NCBI RefSeq assembly: GCF_018977255.1
Contig: NW_024704743.1
Location: 28,894,001-28,954,000, forward strand
From: Callorhinchus milii
Taxonomy: Eukaryota
DNA length: 60,000 bases
Direction of reading: 5' to 3'
In this document: piece by piece, positions 1 through 10,927 of the stretch
How the letters are laid out: each line of letters starts with the position of its first letter
Numbering within the stretch: position 1 is the first letter of the stretch
Program-made: the position numbers and the translations under genes
The notes under the pieces: model-generated
Told to the model about the DNA's origin: nothing
Seen by the model: the letters and a program-made list of their open reading frames with translations, nothing else
The model's database searches: none

Positions 1-24
1 TTCGGAATCATTTAATAGCTAGAA

Positions 25-127
25 TAATAATAATAATCCTTGCATTTGATATAGCGCTTTTCACATCTTCTCGACGTCTCAAAGCGCTTCACAGAATAGA
101 CTGTAAAGTGAATTGACCGTATATTTA
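25..127 (-). mobile_element. 3' tail fragment of tRNA-Deu-L2 SINE
   Basis: Reverse complement of ..ttcactttacag..gtgaagcgctttgagacgtc..aaagcgctatatcaaatgcaaggattattatt, the same tail as the full copies. Confidence 0.85.
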
Positions 128-129
128 TC

Positions 130-457
130 CGGGATTGGTGCAGTCACCTGCAAGCTATTTGGAAACATTTTCTCTGTTGACACCCTCACATCCTTTTACG
201 TTTTTTTAAGTTCTCCACAAAATTTTCCATAGTTGACTCCTGCGCCTGCTCTGATTTCAAGCTTTCCTCACTCTCAGCCACAACTTTTTCCATGAATGTA
301 GCTGCCTCACTTCCTGTACCTACTCCCAAGCAATGGCTATAGAATACTTTATGCTTGATGTTTTTCCAGAATGCCAACAAGTAATTTTCCACATAAAAGG
401 CGAGACTATTCAGCAGTTCCTTCCTATAGCGAGTTTCACATTTTATGCTACTCCCTG
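130..457 (-). mobile_element. Tigger/pogo transposase fossil, C-terminal DDE part
   Basis: Minus-strand translation across frameshifts gives QGVA*NVK/RYRKELL..LLAFWKNI..AIAWE*VQE..SWKKLW. This matches the pogo-family DQGVI..K..YR..LL / AW..V....I...W.KL block. Confidence 0.75.
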
Positions 458-550
458 ATAATAATATCCTTGCATTTGATAATATAATCAAATCCTGTTG
501 ATTGAATACTCAATTTGACAGCAAAAATATTTCAATAAACTGAACTATTC

Positions 551-926
551 ATAATAATCCTTGCACTTGATACAGCGCCTTATCCCGTCTTCGAGACGTC
601 GCAAAGCCCTTCACAGAATATACTGTAAAGTGAACTGAATCTATGTTTTGTGGATGAAACACGGCAGCCAATAGGGCACAGTAGTGTCCCCAAAACAGTC
701 GTGGACTGAGTGACCAAATTATTATTGTCTAATTTTTTTTAATGGGTTATTACCCCCAGAAAAGCAATCCGCCAATCGACTAATAACCGGGTTCCTACTT
801 ACTGCTAAGTAAATAGAGGTGTTTGGAGTAAGGAAACTTGCCGAAGAGTTCGCCCTGCCCAGGAATCGAACCCAGGTCCTCTTGCTTGTGAGGCAGGTGC
901 ACTACCCACTATGCCACAGGATTCCA
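551..926 (-). mobile_element. Full-length tRNA-Ala-derived Deu/L2-tailed SINE (long subfamily)
   Basis: Head tggaatcctgtggcatagtggg..gggttcgattcc (A/B boxes), Deu-like core, and L2-type tail ending ..tgcaaggattatt. Confidence 0.85.
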
Positions 927-974
927 TATAACTGGACTAAACATAAGAGACTCTTCTCCGAGAGCTCAAGCTGT

Positions 975-1110
975 GCCGCTTCCGAGTGCACCGAAACCGG
1001 AAATGCTCTCCTCCGCCAATCAGACGGGTCCTCACTCGCCAACCAATCGATTATCAGTGATCTCTTTGGGGCGTGAGGCGAGGGGAGGGGAGGGGGGGAA
1101 GGAGAGGACA
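975..1110. promoter_or_regulatory. Promoter-like CpG-rich patch (2x CCAAT, ETS-like, GC-rich)
   Basis: CCGGAAAT at 997-1004, CCAAT at 1016-1020 and 1043-1047, GGGCGTG near 1068, locally high CpG. Confidence 0.35.
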
Positions 1111-1299
1111 CTGACGATGTTCGTGCTGTACTGTAGAACTGATTTGGGGCTATAATTTTATCCAGACTCAGATGAATTGTATTTATGCAAACTGTCACAG
1201 GGAAAATTATTCAATAAACCGAATTATTCGTATATCTGACATTCAATGCATTGAACTATCGTCTTAGATTATTCACCTATTTTTTTATATAGGAAAGTC

Positions 1300-1425
1300 A
1301 AAAAGCTTTTTTTTAAAAATAACACATGGGTAGCAGTTGCATATTTAAATGCCTTCGGATTTCCAGACTTGCCAGTTACAATCCAGCAGCATTTGAATAT
1401 GTCAGCCATTCCTTATTGACTTAGT
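1300..1425 (-). mobile_element. Tigger/pogo transposase fossil, middle part
   Basis: Translates (with frameshifts) to NKEWLT..SNAAG / IVTGKSGNPKAFK / LPMCYF*KKA, matching pogo KERLT..NA.G..IGKS..PRAFK..LPV.Y...KAW. Confidence 0.75.
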
Positions 1426-1454
1426 GGCTAGTTTATTATTGCCCCTTAGTTCAC

Positions 1455-1925
1455 ATACGCCTACATGTACTACCACCAATGTAGTTTACTGCATTCGGTG
1501 CTCACGATGTGGTCTCCTCTACATTGGGGAGACGAAACACAATTTGCCGAACACCTCCATTCTGTCCATAAGCACAAACCCGAGATTCCGCTTTTTTGCC
1601 ACTTCAACTCTCTCTCCCACTCGCACTCTTATCTCTCCATCCACGGTCTCCTACGCTGTTCCAATGAACCACAGCGGAAGCTCGAGGAACTCATTTGCAA
1701 CCCCCTTTGTTTTGCATCATTAACACCTCTCAAATCATCATCTACTGTTCTCTACCCCATTTTCTCCGTTGTCTTCCTTGTCCTGCCTCCCCCCCTCTCT
1801 GTTAGTCCTTGAAAGCCTCTCTCTCCCAACATGCCCCAGTTCTGACGAAGGGTCGTGGACTCACTTTCCTTTGTCCAGAGATGCTGCCTGACCTGCTGAG
1901 TGTTCCCGGCAACTTCTGTTTTTTT
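1455..1925 (+). mobile_element. Penelope-like element 3' fragment (GIY-YIG endonuclease plus pseudo-LTR)
   Basis: TCTTTNVVYCIRCSRCGLLYIGETK../FAEHLHSV..HFNSLSHS..GLLRCSNEPQRKLEE is a Penelope GIY-YIG domain. It is followed by the ctgacgaagggtc..ccagagatgctgcctgacctgctgagt pseudo-LTR. Confidence 0.88.
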
Positions 1926-1944
1926 TCCGATTGCCTCTTGCCTG

Positions 1945-2430
1945 CCGTAAATATACAGGTTGGGAAACACTTCCAAAACAGCCACTTTCACTTGCATTGT
2001 AGTTGCTCCAGTGTCAGGTCTCATTCTATGCAGAATTTATCAAACCAGTTGCCTGGACAAAGGACACATCGACTTAGTTTTCTTCCAAAAACAACATGGC
2101 ACTTCGGGAGCAGCCTGTGCTAACCATGGCTGTTATTCCCAGCAATTTATGGAAATGGCATGCCTTCTCCATCGTTATCAATCCCAAAATGGAAGATCCT
2201 AAAGCACAAAGTTGAAGGAACCATTGACAAAGAGAATTTTCAACTTGATGGAACATGGACTCTGACATTGCCTTTAGATGGGATGGTCCCATTTCTTCAT
2301 TAAATTTCCACAGCTTTGCATTCAATTGTTTCATGTTAGAAATGGTTCAGAGACTCACATTAAAGTCTAAAGCAAGTTTGGTTGCTGTGTCACTATTCTG
2401 AAGCTTCCATATGAGGTTTTCATTTTTCTT
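1945..2430 (-). mobile_element. Tigger/pogo transposase fossil, N-terminal CENP-B-type HTH domains and start of DDE
   Basis: KLALDFNVSL*TISNMKQLNAKLWKF (HTH-psq-like); VENSLCQWFLQLCALGSSILGLITMEKACHFHKLLG (Tc5 HTH-like); LTLEQ/YNASESG/FWKCFP (YNADETGLFWK motif). Confidence 0.82.
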
Positions 2431-2569
2431 ATTAAAAATACTTGCATTTGATACAAAATGTCAAAATGCTTCAGTTAGTTTTGTAAATTTAACAACTGTA
2501 GTTGTAGATGAAATGGCAGCCGAATTGCAATGTTCCACAAACAATCCCCCAAACTAAAAAAATGGTCAT

Positions 2570-2718
2570 TCACACGCAGGGCTGTTTATGGGACATTGCA
2601 GTCAAATTTCGCCCACAAATATACAGTCAATTCACTTTACAGTATATTCTGTGAAGCGCTTTGAGACATCTAGAAGACGTGAAAAGCGTTATATCAAATG
2701 CAAGGATTACTATTATTA
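2570..2718 (+). mobile_element. SINE 3' half (Deu core and L2 tail)
   Basis: gggacattgc..cccacaaatatacagtcaattcactttacag..aaagcgttatatcaaatgcaaggattac. Confidence 0.85.
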
Positions 2719-2729
2719 AATTGGCTGTT

Positions 2730-3113
2730 ACATTCTCACTTTCAAAACCCTCCACAGCCTTGCTCCTCCCTACCTCTGTGATCTCCTAACCTTCTACCAA
2801 CATGTCCGTTCCCTCCGCTCAGGGGCTCTTGCCTGCTTCACATCCTCTGCCATGCCTGTCCCACCATTGGCAGGCGGGCCTTTCAGCCTCTCTGCAGTCC
2901 CTCTGCTTCAACCCTCCTTTGCCTCCTTCACGACCTGTCTCAAGACCCTCCTCTTCAACCGTGCCTTCGGTCACCCTCCTTCCCCTACCCGCCGCGCACT
3001 CCACCCCTCCGGATCCACACCACCAGCTCAGGTGCGGATCCCTGATTGTCCAACCGCCTTGGGGCATCGTCCTGACGTGAAAGGCGCTTTACAGATGCAA
3101 TTTGTTGTTGTTG
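2730..3113 (+). mobile_element. L2 LINE 3' end fragment
   Basis: Encodes the L2 ORF2 C-terminal motifs LHSLAPPYL..GGRAFS..FTTCLKTLLFNRAF; ends gtgaaaggcgct..atgcaatt(tgt)n. Confidence 0.88.
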
Positions 3114-3259
3114 GTGACATCCCTAGTTCCAGCTCCGGGCCTGGTTCTATCCTGGTGCTATCCCAGGGTCCACTCTCTCTGGTTCCAATTGGATTGGCGG
3201 TCAGTCCTGATTCTCACTCAGCGCTTGGGGAATAAAGGATGAAACAACAACAGCTGACA

Positions 3260-3830
3260 GACTGCCTGACCGGGCCAAACACCATCCCCCACCCCCACAC
3301 TGCCTGACCAGCCCACACAGCACCATCCCACCCCCACAATGCCTGACCAGCCCCCACACCCCCCACCCCCACACTGCCTGACCAGCCCCCACACCCCCCA
3401 CCCCCACACTGCCTGACCAGCCCACACAGCACCATCCCCCCCCCCACACTGCCTGACAGCCCACACAGCACCACCCCCACACTGCCTGACCAGCCCACAC
3501 AGCACAATCCCCCACCCCCACACTGCCTGACCAGCCACACAGCACCATCCCCCACCCCCACATTGCCTGACCAGCCCCCACACCCCCCACCCCCACACTG
3601 CCTGACCAGCCCACACAGCAACACCCCCCCCCACACTGCCTGACCAGCCCACACAACTCCACCCCCACACTGCCTGACCAGCCCCCACACTGCCTGACCA
3701 GCCCCCACACTGCCTGACCAGCCCCCACACTGCCTGACCAGCCCCCACACCCCCCACCCCCACATTGCCTGACCAGCCCCCACCCCCCCCCACACTGCCT
3801 GACCAGCCCCCCCACCCACCCACAGACACC
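3260..3830. repeat. C-rich/G-rich minisatellite, about 17 copies of core ccccacactgcctgaccagc with variable 0-20 nt C-rich linkers
   Basis: Directly visible tandem array. The pure 20-bp unit repeats at 3662-3745 and 35-41-bp variants occur elsewhere. Confidence 0.95.
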
Positions 3831-4520
3831 CAGCACAGCTCCGGCCTCCCGCCGCTTCCTGCTCCTCACAGCACCGCACCGCCCCCGACGTTTCGTTCAT
3901 GTTACAGAATCGACGTTTCCTTTCTGTTTTGGGGGGGGGGTTTGAAGCTGAAGCCGCCGCCGCTGCTGCTGCTGCGCCCCCACAGGAAAATCACAGCGGC
4001 CATAAGGACCGAGAGAGAGAGACCCAGAGAGAGGGAGAGGGAGGGAGGGCCGCGCCGGGGCCCCCGTGCACTTCGCTTCACTCACTTTGGCTGCTGTCAG
4101 TCGCTCCGTCCGCTCGCGGGGTCGACCTGACCCGTCACAACTACGTCACGCGGCGAACAACAACCGGGTCAGGGCGCGGTCACGTGACCGGGCGGGGCCG
4201 GGGCCGGGGGGGGCGGGGCTTGGCTGAAGCCGGGCCCGGGATCAGCTGGCGTGTCCCTAGCGTCACAATGCCGCAGGCCAGAGGGCGTCACCGACCTGAC
4301 TCGCTCGCCTGTGACGTCGTGGCGTCGCGCCGCTCACCAGCACGTGTTCAAGGCTACACCTGAAGCGTGATTGATGCCGCGCGTCAAGTCCGCCCCTCCC
4401 CCCCCCCTCCCGCCCCCACCCAACCCCCCACCCACCGCTGGATGAGCGCAAACTCCCTTCAGCACAACGTCTGACCAGATGGCAGCCGCACGCGCCCCGT
4501 CAACGTCTCGACTCCCACGG
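3830..4520. promoter_or_regulatory. CpG-island promoter
   Basis: Very high GC and CpG content. Palindrome CGGTCACGTGACCG at 4177-4190, second CACGTG at 4341-4346, GC boxes at 4190-4197 and 4211-4218, seven CGTCA/TGACG half-CRE sites between 4133 and 4502. Confidence 0.88.
4086..4125 (-). other. Probable non-coding first exon of a minus-strand gene continuing beyond the left window edge
   Basis: Donor site AAA|GTGAGT (plus-strand ACTCAC at 4080-4085) just downstream, on the minus strand, of the CRE/E-box/GC-box cluster. The start coordinate is a guess. Confidence 0.5.
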
Positions 4521-5225
4521 CTCTCACCTCCTCCACCGACCCGACCCCCCCACCCCAACCCCCCCCCGCCCCCCACCCCCCCCCCCACCCCCCGCATCCG
4601 GTCCCTCACCAGCACCGCTTTCTTCCACCTCCGACGCATCGCCCGTCTCCGCCAATACCTCTCCCCAAGAGCCGCTGAAGCTCTGGTCCCCACGCCTTTG
4701 TCACCTCTGGGCCGGACTATTCTAACCGGTCTCCCATCCAACACCATCCATTAAAATCCAGATCATTCAAAACTCTGCCGCCCGTATTCTCGCCCGCGCC
4801 AAACTCCGCTCCCCGTTCACCCCAGTCCTTGCCAGACTGCACTGGCGGCCTATCCCAGAGAAGATCGATTTCAAGATCCTCACCCTTGTATTCGAGTCCC
4901 TGCACTCCTCTCTGACCTCTCTCCTCAAAACAGTACCCGTTGCCTTCGTTCCTCCGGGTCTGGCCTCCTCCGAGTGCTCCACTCCACCCTCGGCGGCCGT
5001 GCCTTCAGCCACTATGCCCCGAGGCTCTGGAACTCCCCTCCTCACTCCCTTCGTCTCGCTCCCTCTCTTCCTATTTTCAGGTCTCTGCTGAAGACCTTTC
5101 TTTCGACCGCATCTTTGGTCACCTTCCTCCCCCTCCCCTGGCTCGGCCCCGGGAACCGTTACTGTAAAGCGATCTGAGACCCCGTCCGGCATGGAGGGTG
5201 CTTTATTAATTCAAGTTGTTGTTGT
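4480..5225 (+). mobile_element. L2 LINE 3' portion, CpG-rich, relatively young
   Basis: Encodes [51 protein letters not shown]; (ttg)n tail. Close sibling of the copy at 28559-29340. Confidence 0.92.
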
Positions 5226-7744
5226 CGCGGGGTGCATGGAATTCTCAGCTTGGTTTGGATACTCCTAAGCATAGTGATGGGCTTCCGCACGTGTCAGACA
5301 TGCTGACAAAAAAAATTGATTCATTGATTTATTAATTGATTTAAACTTATGTATCGTTATACCCAAGTTTTACATATACAAATAATGTATAGTTCATAAC
5401 ATAATAATCTTCCTCGCTGTCCACCCCCAGGATGATAATTGCCTTAGGGTTAGGTTCAGAACATGATGGCGTGTCTGTTGAGCGATAAGAACATTGTTCT
5501 ACTTTCCGTGAACATGCAGATACAGTTTGTATCTGAAACTGCTAACATCAACTATAACAAATTATATATATATAATTTTTTTATATATAAAAATATATAA
5601 ATTATTTCATATTTTTTAAAAATATATGAAAAATAATTGCAGTTGGCTCACAAATTATACAGTCAATTCACTTCACAGTATGCTTTGTTAAGCACTTTGA
5701 GACGTCTCGAAGACATGATAAGGCGTTATATCAAATGCCAGGATTTTTCTTTTTCTTATTATATAGTGCCTTTCATATTGGGAGGACTTTCCAAGGCACT
5801 GGGCAGTTGATGGTTTGCACCTGAGGGTTGGGATCCAACAAGGGTGGGGGCCTGAGGCAGGTGTTTGCTTTGAATTATTTTATTAGACTAAGCGGGCTTT
5901 CATTTTTCTATAGGTGCCCTGCATTTATTTTCATCATGGTTGCTTTCACATGTTTGAAAGGCCTCTATCTACGTGCATTCTGATGATCCCTATATTTACT
6001 GTCTGGTGGTCATTAGAAAGGAAATGTAAATAACGATCGCGGTTTTCAATTAACTTTGAATCCCTGGGAAACAGTTGCCTTTCTAACAACCATGACATCT
6101 AGAAAAGGCATTTGGCCTTTCTTCTTTCAGTACCATGGCACATTTTATGGAAGGATGAATATTGTTGAGGAAATTCTTGAAACATTCCAAGTTATTTGGG
6201 TCACATTAGAAATATGCCATTCGCATGACTAAGCAAGAGTTTTAGCTTGGGGGGGGGGGTTAAATTGAATTCTCCTAAAATATTTCATACAGTAGAGGCA
6301 GCAATATATAACATTTAATACAAAAGCTGTATCTGTTAAGTATAATGCAGTATGCTACCAGTTTTCCAGATTGAGAGTCCTAAAGTTAAATAAACAACAT
6401 TCGCTTTAAATGTATAATAAATTATAATACATTTTTTAGAATAGTTTGGTAGTAGTACATGAAATCAAAAATCATGTTGATTTTAATTGTTTTGAATGAA
6501 TTTGGATTAAGTGTCCACCTGTTTCAAGAAATAACCTGAAGTCAAACATTTGATGACCACTTAACAGCATTTTCCCATTAATGAAGCATTGCGAATAAGC
6601 ATTTGGTTGAGTTCAACTTGGGCTTTTAGCAGCATAAAACCTCATACCTTTTGATGAGAAATAAAAGGATTTTAGTTTTAAGCAATATAAATATCTTTGC
6701 CTTCAGATTTTTTTTCTTTCCGCAGAGACTTCCTTTTGACGGGTTCAAAGATTTGAAACTGTTTTGGGAAACTGCATAAGGCCATTACAGTGACGTGGGT
6801 GAAGACCACCCAGAAGTATAACAACAAATGAACACATAGAAATGTTCCAACTTAATTGTCCAAATCTGCACATTTACTTTATAATAGATAATGCAATCTC
6901 TTGAGGTCCTGTATTCCCCAATTATGACTGGTTAATAGGATAATTGTCCGATTGAGAGTTGATAAAACAATTGGCAATCTTTCCATCGCTCTGCAGATGA
7001 TTGTAGTTAATCGGAATACTACTGGGGCTATTTGTGAATGTAAACATAATACCTATCCTAATTACTCTAGAGAGTTTGTTATTGCCTGAATACTAGGACA
7101 GTGATTAAACAATCTTTTGAGGACCTCATTGTGAATTACCATGTCTTGGAATCAATCAACACGTAAATTTATTACAAGCACTAACCCTTGTGACTCGAGC
7201 AATTACAGCGGCTGGTTAAGGCAACATTTCACACCAACTTGTCAACTTTGGAAATGTGGAAACTGAATTAAATATTTTATCCCTTTGTCCATTTTCCACA
7301 ACATTTACTGCACTGCAACTTTCCCACCCATCATTTTCATTAACATGCAATGAAAAATGCTTGTCATGGTGGTCTCTGTTAACTGCATATTTGCAAGTTT
7401 TATTGTGAACTGTTTTTTGTTTTTTGTTTTGCAGAATTTGTGGCAACTACACCTCATCAATCAGAAATGAATAATATATGATCTAGGAAAATTAACTCAA
7501 AGTCTGAACAATATCTGGAACAATATAATAAGTCCTTACACTATAAAGATTGGATCTGTTTTTAAAACATTACACACCAAGATGATTGCCATAACGTTTC
7601 TAATGCAGTTTTGCAAAATTAGTTAAGGAAGAAATCCCATAGCAAATGCTGTTACTGCTTTGTTCCTTCAATGTTATTAACCCTGTTGTCTATTTCAAGT
7701 AATGTACCAATCAGCTCTGTTAAGCTGCCCTTTTGTGTGTTCAG

Positions 7745-7795
7745 GTTTCAAGTTCATTAGTTGTGCTCGGAAACCAACAAGGTTTTCAGTAGCAG
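7745..7795 (+). other. Candidate small internal exon (possibly of a divergent transcript)
   Basis: Acceptor ccttttgtgtgttcag|, 51 nt, donor CAG|gtgaga. Other strong plus-strand acceptors at about 6725 and 7434. Confidence 0.25.
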
Positions 7796-8039
7796 GTGAG
7801 AACTGATTGATGTGCATGGACAGAACAAAACAGGACAAAACTTATGAAAGTGAACAATATGCAAAATTTGATAGACAAATAAAGGTGGAATATACAACAC
7901 AGAATTACAATTGTATAGTGCCTTTCACGTCGGGAGGGATTCGGACCCGAGCTGGCAGTCGGGATCGGGGAGGGTATAGGGCAAGGAGGGTTGCCAAAGG
8001 CTTGGTCGAAGAGGTAGGTTTTGAGATGCAGAGGAAGTT

Positions 8040-8310
8040 AAGGAGTGATTTGATTGAGGTTTAAAATAAGGCAATTAATTGACAGATAGGATAGTGGACA
8101 ATTCCCTTTCGTAGAGGAATCCATTACACAAGAGGGCATAGTTTTAAATATCAGAACTAAAATGGTTAGAACAGAGATCAGGAAGCATTTCTTCACACAG
8201 AGAATTGTGAAGATGTGAAATTCCGCCCAGGAAGCTGTAGAGGCGTAATAAATAAGGATGTTTAAAAGAAAATCAGATACATGGATAGAAGAGTATTAAG
8301 GAGAATTGAT
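8040..8310 (+). mobile_element. CR1 LINE 3' fragment
   Basis: acaagagggcatagttttaaa..aggaagcatttcttcacacagagaattgtg encodes the CR1 TRGH..K..RKHFFTQR motif. Confidence 0.75.
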
Positions 8311-10758
8311 GATTGTTGGGATCAGCCAGTTATCTGACACATACAGAAACCCAGCATCATGATTAAGAGTATGCAAATCAGACTGAGTTTCCCATTTTGT
8401 ATGCGAGCTACACAGGGACATTTCCCTGTGGCTGGAATGGAATATATACACTTTTTCAGAAGCACCTATTTACCTAATTCTGGAGACCATTAGGTCCAGG
8501 TTGACACTCAGCAATCTCATACTGAGTCTCAACTCAATATTGGGGACCCCAGAGTGATGTACAGGATACTACTGGAGTTTAACCAAGTGAAACCACATTA
8601 ACCAACTGAAACTGTTCTATCGCGAGCATTGTCTGGCGGGTGGTAAGAATCCATGCCCACAGCGACAGGTTTGTTTCTCTAACTCCTGCTGATGAGCTGG
8701 TCTGGGCTGTCATCAACAGTGCCTTGAATTACTATGGAACCCGCCTCTTTACTGAGCATTGATTGAATTCCAACGTTCTGTTGCCAACCACATCGCCTTG
8801 GAGCTCGCTCAGCTCACTTATCTCCCTACCCCTATTCCTCTGGGAGAATAGTCATATGACATTAGTTATTTGGTATTGGACAAGAACAGGTTTGAGCCCT
8901 CACTAGGTGGATGGCAGGTACCCCGCAAGCATCCTGATAAGCAGCATAGCTCAGGTGAAATGCTTGACAGCATTACCACAATCTTCCTGCCCACAGCTTG
9001 GACACACGTTCCTACCCATTCAGTGATCATTCCACTAGTTGTGGGCGGGGAGCTTGAACAGCAGCTGCTTACCTTTCAACATAACCATCAAGGTGGATAA
9101 CTCGTCCTGCATTTGTGAGAGTTTCATGAACCAGGACTCCAACTAACAACTTCCTACAGCTGTTGTTCAAGTTTCAAAGTTTCCTTATTAGCTATTTATG
9201 GCATCAGCCTTCAGCAAGGTGGAAGGACCTCTATAGGACATCTTGTGATGTTCCAAAGATCCATATCTGAATGACATGTACTAGACTTTTAAGGCTGATC
9301 AATACGATTCTGTCTGAGGGACACACATAGTTGTGAGACAGAAAACAACCTAGGGGTTTCAGGGGCTCTTAAAGTGGATAGTGCTTTGGGTAGTCACTGC
9401 ATATATTAGATGCATTAGAGGCCCACAGTTTGATCAGGAAAGTAAAGGCTGGATTATGTTCTGGTGAGGAGTGGTTGAGGCTGTCTATGAGATTGCTGAA
9501 TGTTACAAAGTCCAGGAAATCCAATTTCAATTTTAGCAATGTTTTTGACCTTGTGCTTCATGGAGCCCTCATGAGGGATTGGGATTAAAAGATCCGCCAA
9601 GCTCTAATAAACTGGTGAAACAGGCTTGATGGACCCTCTGTTGAATAGCCTTCTCCTGTTCTGATTTTCATAGTTCTTGTGTATTGAAAGTCATCTAGAT
9701 ACAGTTCTTCAACTTTTTAAGTTGTCTCAATAGCGTTCCAAAAATAATGTTATTCAGCTCCCACAATATACCTTCCCTCAACACATTGCTGACAAACTGC
9801 CTTAAGCTATTTTTAAAGTGCTATCAACAAGGTTGCATTCACATGTTGTATCTGAAAGTACATAGGTTAGTCCATTCATTGCCATGTCTTGGGAATCTGA
9901 CAATTGACTTTAGTTAACAGTACACATCTCATCTGACCTCTGAAGAGTTCAGGTCATTTGTCTCTCAAGCTCACATGGAAATGTCATTCTTACAAGAAAG
10001 TTCAACAGTTCAGGTTTTTAAATTCTTAGTTAAGCCTTCTTATGGCATAGATTATTTTTGTTGTTTAGTATTTGGCTATACACTGTTTGTAACATGGTCA
10101 TTAGCATGAAATAGAGCACCACATTGCATTTGTAATACAAACAATGTGTAAACTTGCACAGAGCACAGCATCGCCAGACAATGAAGACATCAGCTAAGGA
10201 GCTGTCACACTGGATCCCAACCTTTGGCTGCAGCTAACAAAATTGGTGTCACTGTTGATCAATATCAATAGCCTGGTGAAATGGGCAGACACTTGGCAGA
10301 TGAAGTTTAATATGGAGAAATGTGAAGTGATGCATTTTGGAGGAAGAATGAGGCGAGGCAATGTAAGCTAGATGGTAGAACCTTAAAGGGGGTGAAGAAA
10401 CAGAGAGACCTAGGGGTTCATATAAGTAAATTTTTGAAGGTGGCAGGATAGGTAGATAAAGCTGGTAAAAAAGCATACAGGATACTAGCCTTTATAAACA
10501 GGGACGTAGAATACAAAAGTCAGGAAGTTATGATGAACTTTTATGAAACACTGGTTAGACCCCAGCTAGAGTACCGTGTTCAGTTCTGGGCACCACACTT
10601 TAGGAAGGATGTCAAGGCATTGGAGAGGATGCAAAGGAGATAATGCAGGACGGTACCAGGAATGAGGGACTTCAGTTATCAGGAGAGGCTCGAGAAGCTA
10701 GGATTATTCTCCTTGGAGCAGAGAAGGTTAAGAGATTTAACAAAAGTTTTCAAAATTA

Positions 10759-10927
10759 ATAATAATAATAATAATTGCATTGGATATAGCGCTTTTCACG
10801 TCTTCTAGATGTCCCAAAGCGCTTCACAGAATATACTGTAAAGTGAATTGACTGTATATTTGTGGGCGAACACGGCAGCCAATTGCGCACAGCAGTGTCC
10901 CACAAACAGTCGTGGATTGAAAATGAC
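10759..10927 (-). mobile_element. 5'-truncated SINE inserted in CR1, flanked by caaaatta TSD
   Basis: caaaatta at 10751-10758 and 10928-10935; Deu core and L2 tail with (att)n. Confidence 0.88.

Noticed and set aside
3260..3830. CRISPR-like array (constant core with variable linkers)
   Set aside because: The linkers are themselves repetitive C-runs of 0-20 nt, not unique spacers; there are no cas genes and the context is vertebrate. It is a minisatellite.
3201..3900. Three long minus-strand ORFs (203-228 aa)
   Set aside because: All three frames are open only because the G-rich repeat lacks stop codons; the translations are low-complexity artefacts.
3765..4754. ORFs across the CpG island
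   Set aside because: GC-rich stop-codon depletion and an L2 fragment explain them; no recognisable domain.
5560..5640. AT-rich palindromes (also about 13070-13130 and 58380-58420)
   Set aside because: Low-complexity (TA)/(A/T) tracts are self-complementary by chance.
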